Of a stretch of 64,000 bases of DNA, positions 59,304 to 64,000 are shown piece by piece. The notes under the pieces were generated by a model, which searched no databases, had not been told where the DNA came from, and was given only the letters and a program-made list of their open reading frames with translations. How positions within the stretch are numbered: the first letter of the stretch is position 1; each line of letters opens with the position of its first letter. Where the stretch lies: NCBI GenBank assembly GCA_963779415.1, contig CAVZYA010000001.1, positions 800,001 to 864,000 of the forward strand, in the 5' to 3' direction. A program made the translations under genes and the position numbers. This DNA comes from an uncultured Acidobacteriota bacterium. Lineage in GTDB: Bacteria; Acidobacteriota; Thermoanaerobaculia; UBA5066.

Positions 59304-60638
59304 GTGAGAGACGTCCGCGGTTCCGCCGTCGTCGTCGTGGGCGGCCAGTGGGGCGACGAGGGAAAAGGAAAGATCGTCGACCTGATCACCCCGTCGTTCG
59401 ATCTCGTGGCCCGATACCAGGGGGGACACAACGCCGGCCACACGGTCAAGTACGGCGACAAGCACTTCGCCCTCCGTCTCGTCCCGTCCGGCATCTGCCG
59501 CCCGGACGTCGTCAACATCATCGGGAACGGCCTCGTCATCGACCCGAGCGCCCTCCTCTCGGAGATCGACGGCCTGCGGACGAGCGGCATCTCGGTCGGC
59601 GAAAACCTGAAGCTCTCCGACAGGGCGCACGTCATTCTCCCCACGCACGCCCTCCTCGACGGCGCACGCGAAAAAGCGCTGGCCGGGGCCAACATCGGGA
59701 CGACCTCCCGCGGCATCGGACCGACGTACGAGACGAAGGCGAACCGGACGGGAATCCGGATCGCGGACCTCGTCGACCCCGTCCGGTTCCGGGCCATCGC
59801 GCGGCCGCTCCTCTCGTACCACACGTCGGTCCTGTCGCACTTTTTCGGCGTCGCCGCGCCCGACGTCGAGGAGACGCTGGACACTTACGTCGACTACGGC
59901 CGGCAGCTCACCCGCTACGTCACGAACACGAGCGCCTACCTCGACGAGCGCCTCCGCGACGGCGCGCGACTTCTCTGCGAGGGGGCGCAAGGGGCCATGC
60001 TGGACGTGGACCACGGGACCTACCCCTTCGTCACCTCCTCTTCCTGCAGCGCGGGGGGCGCCGCGGTCGGCCTCGGCATCGCGCCGAGGGTCCTCTCCGT
60101 CGTCGTCGGCGTCATGAAGGCCTACACGACCCGCGTCGGCTCCGGTCCCTTCCCGACGGAGCTCTTTGACGCCACGGGCGAACGGATCCGGGCCAAGGGG
60201 CACGAGTTCGGCACCGTCACCGGGCGGCCTCGGCGCGTCGGCTGGTTCGACGCCGTCGTCGCGAAGACGGCCGTCCGTCTGTCGGGGATCGAGGCCCTCG
60301 CGCTGACGAAGCTCGACGTCCTCGACGAGTTCCCGGAGATCCGGATCGCCATCGGCTACGAGATCGACGGGAAGACCGTCACGGAGATCCCGGCCCGCGC
60401 CGACCTCTACGAGCGGGCGCAGCCGGTCTACCGCAGCTACCCCGGGTGGGAGGCTCCCACCACCGGAATCTCTTCGTTCGACGCACTCCCGATGCGAGCC
60501 CGCGAGTACGTTCTCGCCCTCGAGGCGATCGTCGGGGCGAATGTGGCGCTCCTCTCGAACGGCGCGAAGCGGAACGAGACCATCCTCCGCCCCGGGACGC
60601 CGCTCGACCCCTGGATGAAACATGGTCTCAGCGCCTGA
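59304..60638 (+). CDS. purA: Adenylosuccinate synthetase
   Basis: QWGDEGKGK, GGHNAGHT, GTT.RGIGP, EGAQG..LD.DHGTYPFVTSS, TGRPRRVGW. Confidence 0.98.
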   Translation: MRDVRGSAVVVVGGQWGDEGKGKIVDLITPSFDLVARYQGGHNAGHTVKYGDKHFALRLVPSGICRPDVVNIIGNGLVIDPSALLSEIDGLRTSGISVGENLKLSDRAHVILPTHALLDGAREKALAGANIGTTSRGIGPTYETKANRTGIRIADLVDPVRFRAIARPLLSYHTSVLSHFFGVAAPDVEETLDTYVDYGRQLTRYVTNTSAYLDERLRDGARLLCEGAQGAMLDVDHGTYPFVTSSSCSAGGAAVGLGIAPRVLSVVVGVMKAYTTRVGSGPFPTELFDATGERIRAKGHEFGTVTGRPRRVGWFDAVVAKTAVRLSGIEALALTKLDVLDEFPEIRIAIGYEIDGKTVTEIPARADLYERAQPVYRSYPGWEAPTTGISSFDALPMRAREYVLALEAIVGANVALLSNGAKRNETILRPGTPLDPWMKHGLSA

Positions 60639-60668
60639 TCCCTCCGGCGCTGATAGACTGGCGGGGGC

Positions 60669-60744
60669 GAGCCCTTAGCTCAGTCGGTAGAGCATCTGCC
60701 TTTTAAGCAGGGGGTCGTGGGTTCGAGTCCCACAGGGCTCACCA
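60669..60744 (+). tRNA. tRNA-Lys (TTT)
   Basis: GAGCCCT/AGGGCTC stem, CTTTTAA anticodon loop, GGTTCGAGTCC, CCA; 76 nt. Confidence 0.96.
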
Positions 60745-60784
60745 CTTCCTTTTCGCGCTACCATCCGCCGTCCGACGTCCGGTT

Positions 60785-60861
60785 GCCCCCATCGTCTAGC
60801 GGCCCAGGACGCCACCCTTTCAAGGTGGAGATCGCGGGTTCGAATCCCGCTGGGGGTACCA
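60785..60861 (+). tRNA. tRNA-Glu (TTC)
   Basis: GCCCCCA/TGGGGGT stem, CTTTCAA anticodon loop, GGTTCGAATCC, CCA; 77 nt. Confidence 0.96.
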
Positions 60862-61083
60862 ACATTCCCGTCCGCGTCGCCCTCCCCTTCCGCCCGGCGG
60901 GCATAGAATTCCTCCCGTAACACCACAACGGGCCGCCGGAACGAGCGCCGCCGCGCCGGGGGGCACGACCCGCCCCTTCCTTCGACCCGGGGAGGCAGAC
61001 GGATTGAGCCTCTCCGAGGGGACGAAGCCGGATCTTCCCGGATCTCTCTTAGAGCTGTGCGCCTTCACGAGAGGAGTGCCGTC

Positions 61084-64000
61084 ATGAGTCACGGTTCTTT
61101 TCCTTCATGGAAGGTGGGGGCCCTCGCCCCGTTCGTTCTTGCCCTCTCGACGCTTTTCTCCCCTCGTGCCTCCGCCCAGAAGCTCACGATCACGACCTTC
61201 GCCGGAGCGGCCGTGGAGAAAGGGTCCATTGACGGAACCGGCGGGGAAGCCCGCTTCTATTCGCCGCCGGGAGTGGCCATGGACGGGAGCGGAAACCTCT
61301 ACGTCGCGGACGGCGGAAACAACACGATCCGGCGGATCAGGCCCGGCGGGTCCGTCACGACCTTGGCCGGGCTCGACGGAAGCCCCGGCTCGTCGGACGG
61401 CGCCGGAAGCACAGCCCGGTTCGATGGCCCGTCGGGGGTCGCGGCCGACGGCCTCGGGAACGTCTTCGTGGCGGACACGAACAACCACACGATCCGGAAG
61501 ATCGTCGTGGCGACGGGCGCGGTGACGACGCTGGCCGGTTCGTCCGGACAAGCAGGCAATACCAACGGGACCGGGCCTGCGGCGCGGTTCTACCAGCCGT
61601 TCGGCCTCGCGGCTGACGCCTCCGGCAACGTCTATGTGGCCGAGCCCGCTTACAACACGATCCGGAAGATCGTGGTGGCAACCGGCGAGGTCACCGCGCT
61701 GGCAGGCTGGCCGGGACTGAAAGGAACGTCCGACGGGAAGGGGATGGCGGCGCAGTTCAACGGCCCGCGCGGCGTCGCGGCGGACGGCTCGGGGAACCTC
61801 TATGTGGCGGACACCGGCAACCACACGATCCGGCAGATCGTCCTGACCACGGCGGTCGTTTCGACGGTGGCGGGGCTGGCGAGAACAAGCGGCAGCGCGG
61901 ACGGAACCGGGACCGCCGCACTCTTTGCCGGCCCTTCGGGTGTCGCGGCGGACGGGTCGGGGAACGTCTACGTGGCGGACACCGGCAACAGCACGATCCG
62001 GAGGATGGTCGCCGCCACGAAGGTGGTCACGACCCTGGCGGGGCAACCGGGAAGCACCGGTGGCTCGGACGGAACGGGGATCGCCGCGCGGTTCAACCTC
62101 CCCACGGGTGTCACCGTGGGCGGCAGCGGAGACGTCTACGTCGCGGACCGCGCCAGCGACACGATCCGGAAGGTCACGGCCGGAGGCGTCGTGACGACGT
62201 GGGCCGGGCTGTGGGGGGGCTCGCGCACCGGCTCTTCGGACGGGACAGGCAGCCAGGCCCGCTTCCATACGCCTTACGGAGCCGCAGCGGACGGCAGCGG
62301 GAACGTCTTCATCGCGGATTCCGAGAACCACGTCATCCGGAAGATCACGCCGGAGGGCGCCGTGACGACCTTCGCCGGGACGGCGGGGAGCCCCGGCCTG
62401 GTGGACGGCACGGGAAGCGCGGCCCGGTTCAACTTCCCGATCTCCGTGGCGGTGGACGGGAGCGGGAACGTCTTCGTCGCGGATTCCGAGAACAGGACCA
62501 CCCGGAAGATCACGCCGGACGGGGTCGTGACGACGTTCGCCGGGAGCCCGGCGGATTTCTACGCGCCCAGCGCCATCGCGGCGGACAAGGCCGGAAACGT
62601 CTTCGTGGCCGATCTCGGCAACCACACCATCAAAATGATCACGCCCGCCGGAGTTCTCTCGACTCTCGCGGGGCGGGTGAATTCCGCCGGCAGTCTGGAC
62701 GGGGTCGGATCCCTCGCGAGGTTCAATCACCCGCGCGGAGTCGCCGCGGACGGATCGGGAAATCTCTACGTGGCCGACAATGACAACCACACCATCCGGA
62801 AGATCGTCGTGGCGTCCGGTCTGGTGTCGACGCTCGCGGGTTCGGCAGGAAACAGCGGCAGCGCGGACGGTACGGGGAGCGCCGCGCGGTTCAACCACCC
62901 GTGGGGTCTCACCGTGGACAGCTCGGGGTCCCTCTACGTCGTGGACGGCGAGAACCTCACGATCCGGCGGATCACGATCGCCGGCGTCGTGACGACCGTT
63001 GCCGGCTCTCCCGGAAATCGCGGATTCGCGGATGGCACGGGGAGCGATGCCCGCTTCGACATGCCGTCGGGAATCGCGGCGGCCGGCGGGAAGATCTACA
63101 TCGCCGACACGACCAATGCCGCGATCCGGATCGGCCGCCCGGCCCTTGCCGACGTCGCCACCATCGACGCGGCGACCGGCCCGACGGGCGGGATCCGCCT
63201 GCTCGATACCGCGCCCCGCACGGCGACGCGCTGGCTCTGGGAAGAGGTCCGGCGCCCCACGAACTCCATGGCGGACCTCTCCTCGACGACGATCCGCAAC
63301 CCGACCTTCGCGCCCGACGTGCCCGACGTCTACGTCTTCCGCCTGACGGCGAGCGACGAGTCTGGCCTCCAGACGATCTCGACGGTCACCCTGACCGCGA
63401 CGGTCCCGGCGGGTGGACCGGCTCTCTCCCGTCTCCTCCCCACCGTCATCGACGTCTCGAGCGGATCCATCCACTACACCACGGAGATGGCCCTGACGAA
63501 CAACACGTTCCGCGCTCTTTCGCTCTCGATGCTCTACACGGCCTCGCTCGGCTCGAGACGGGGCTCGGGCACGGTCATCGACGCGCTGGCACCGGGCGAG
63601 CAGAGGGCGATCCCCGACGTCCTCTCGTACCTCCGGGACAAGGGGCTCGCCATCCCGCCGTCGGCAGAACAGCCCTCGCAGGGAGGGACTCTTCTGGTGA
63701 CCTTCCAGGGGAACGACACCATCGACCCGAAGCTCGTCTCGGTGACCGCCCGGACCGCGGCACTCACGACGGCGCCGCAGCCGGCAGGCCGGGCGGGCCT
63801 CGCCTACTCCGGCCTTCTGGCAACCGAGTCGTCGACCTCCAGCGTGACGCTCTATGGCCTTCGCTCCACATCCACCGACCGGACCAACGTGGCCGTCTTC
63901 AATACCTCGGCGCAGGAGGTGACTCTGAGGGTGACGGTCACTTCAGGGAGCGGAGACGGGAAGTCCGTCGTCTTCAAGGCCGCAGAGACACTGCCTGCTT
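61084..64000 (+). CDS. Large secreted NHL-repeat protein with PKD-like and unnamed beta-rich domains; runs off window (absent from ORF track)
   Basis: ATG 61084 after GAGGAG; signal peptide ending ASA-Q; about a dozen ARF..P.GVA.DGSGN.YVAD..N.TIRKI repeats; frame read open to 64000. Confidence 0.9.
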   Translation, partial: MSHGSFPSWKVGALAPFVLALSTLFSPRASAQKLTITTFAGAAVEKGSIDGTGGEARFYSPPGVAMDGSGNLYVADGGNNTIRRIRPGGSVTTLAGLDGSPGSSDGAGSTARFDGPSGVAADGLGNVFVADTNNHTIRKIVVATGAVTTLAGSSGQAGNTNGTGPAARFYQPFGLAADASGNVYVAEPAYNTIRKIVVATGEVTALAGWPGLKGTSDGKGMAAQFNGPRGVAADGSGNLYVADTGNHTIRQIVLTTAVVSTVAGLARTSGSADGTGTAALFAGPSGVAADGSGNVYVADTGNSTIRRMVAATKVVTTLAGQPGSTGGSDGTGIAARFNLPTGVTVGGSGDVYVADRASDTIRKVTAGGVVTTWAGLWGGSRTGSSDGTGSQARFHTPYGAAADGSGNVFIADSENHVIRKITPEGAVTTFAGTAGSPGLVDGTGSAARFNFPISVAVDGSGNVFVADSENRTTRKITPDGVVTTFAGSPADFYAPSAIAADKAGNVFVADLGNHTIKMITPAGVLSTLAGRVNSAGSLDGVGSLARFNHPRGVAADGSGNLYVADNDNHTIRKIVVASGLVSTLAGSAGNSGSADGTGSAARFNHPWGLTVDSSGSLYVVDGENLTIRRITIAGVVTTVAGSPGNRGFADGTGSDARFDMPSGIAAAGGKIYIADTTNAAIRIGRPALADVATIDAATGPTGGIRLLDTAPRTATRWLWEEVRRPTNSMADLSSTTIRNPTFAPDVPDVYVFRLTASDESGLQTISTVTLTATVPAGGPALSRLLPTVIDVSSGSIHYTTEMALTNNTFRALSLSMLYTASLGSRRGSGTVIDALAPGEQRAIPDVLSYLRDKGLAIPPSAEQPSQGGTLLVTFQGNDTIDPKLVSVTARTAALTTAPQPAGRAGLAYSGLLATESSTSSVTLYGLRSTSTDRTNVAVFNTSAQEVTLRVTVTSGSGDGKSVVFKAAETLPA

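Noticed and set aside
61200-63130. Periodic nucleotide repeats that might suggest a CRISPR-like array
   Set aside because: They are degenerate in-frame NHL coding repeats with no constant repeat/unique spacer pattern; no cas genes in the window

Overview
High-GC bacterial chromosomal window; gene content and protein style suggest Acidobacteriota, possibly Thermoanaerobaculia (inference). Most of it is housekeeping: pgsA-like, Crp, hfq-miaA, comEC, rlmD-like, birA, valS, a leucine-catabolism (liu/MCC) operon, HU, dtd, murJ, ssb, nagZ, mutS, tsaB-rimI, pssA, hutU/hutH, purA, tRNA-Lys and tRNA-Glu. Two regions stand out. (1) 4.5-9.3 kb is a tRNA-Gly(CCC) locus hit from both sides. A ~0.3 kb remnant duplicates the tRNA 3' end. 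A 4.37 kb decayed tyrosine-integrase island duplicates the tRNA 5' half and separates the intact tRNA from its native promoter. That island carries integron-like cassettes with attC-like sites. One attC is interrupted by an IS1111-type (IS110 family) element whose 3' non-coding end contains a readable bridge/seek RNA, with guides matching both the attC target and the element's own circle junction. (2) 48-56 kb, between hutU and hutH, is a lipid/PHA-granule-like cluster with no PHA synthase in the window: PhaR-phasin fusion, two phasin-like proteins, patatin, acyltransferase, SDR enzymes, SCP2 and a fused double Get3/ArsA ATPase. At least six apparent small indels, one in tsaB, suggest assembly errors.
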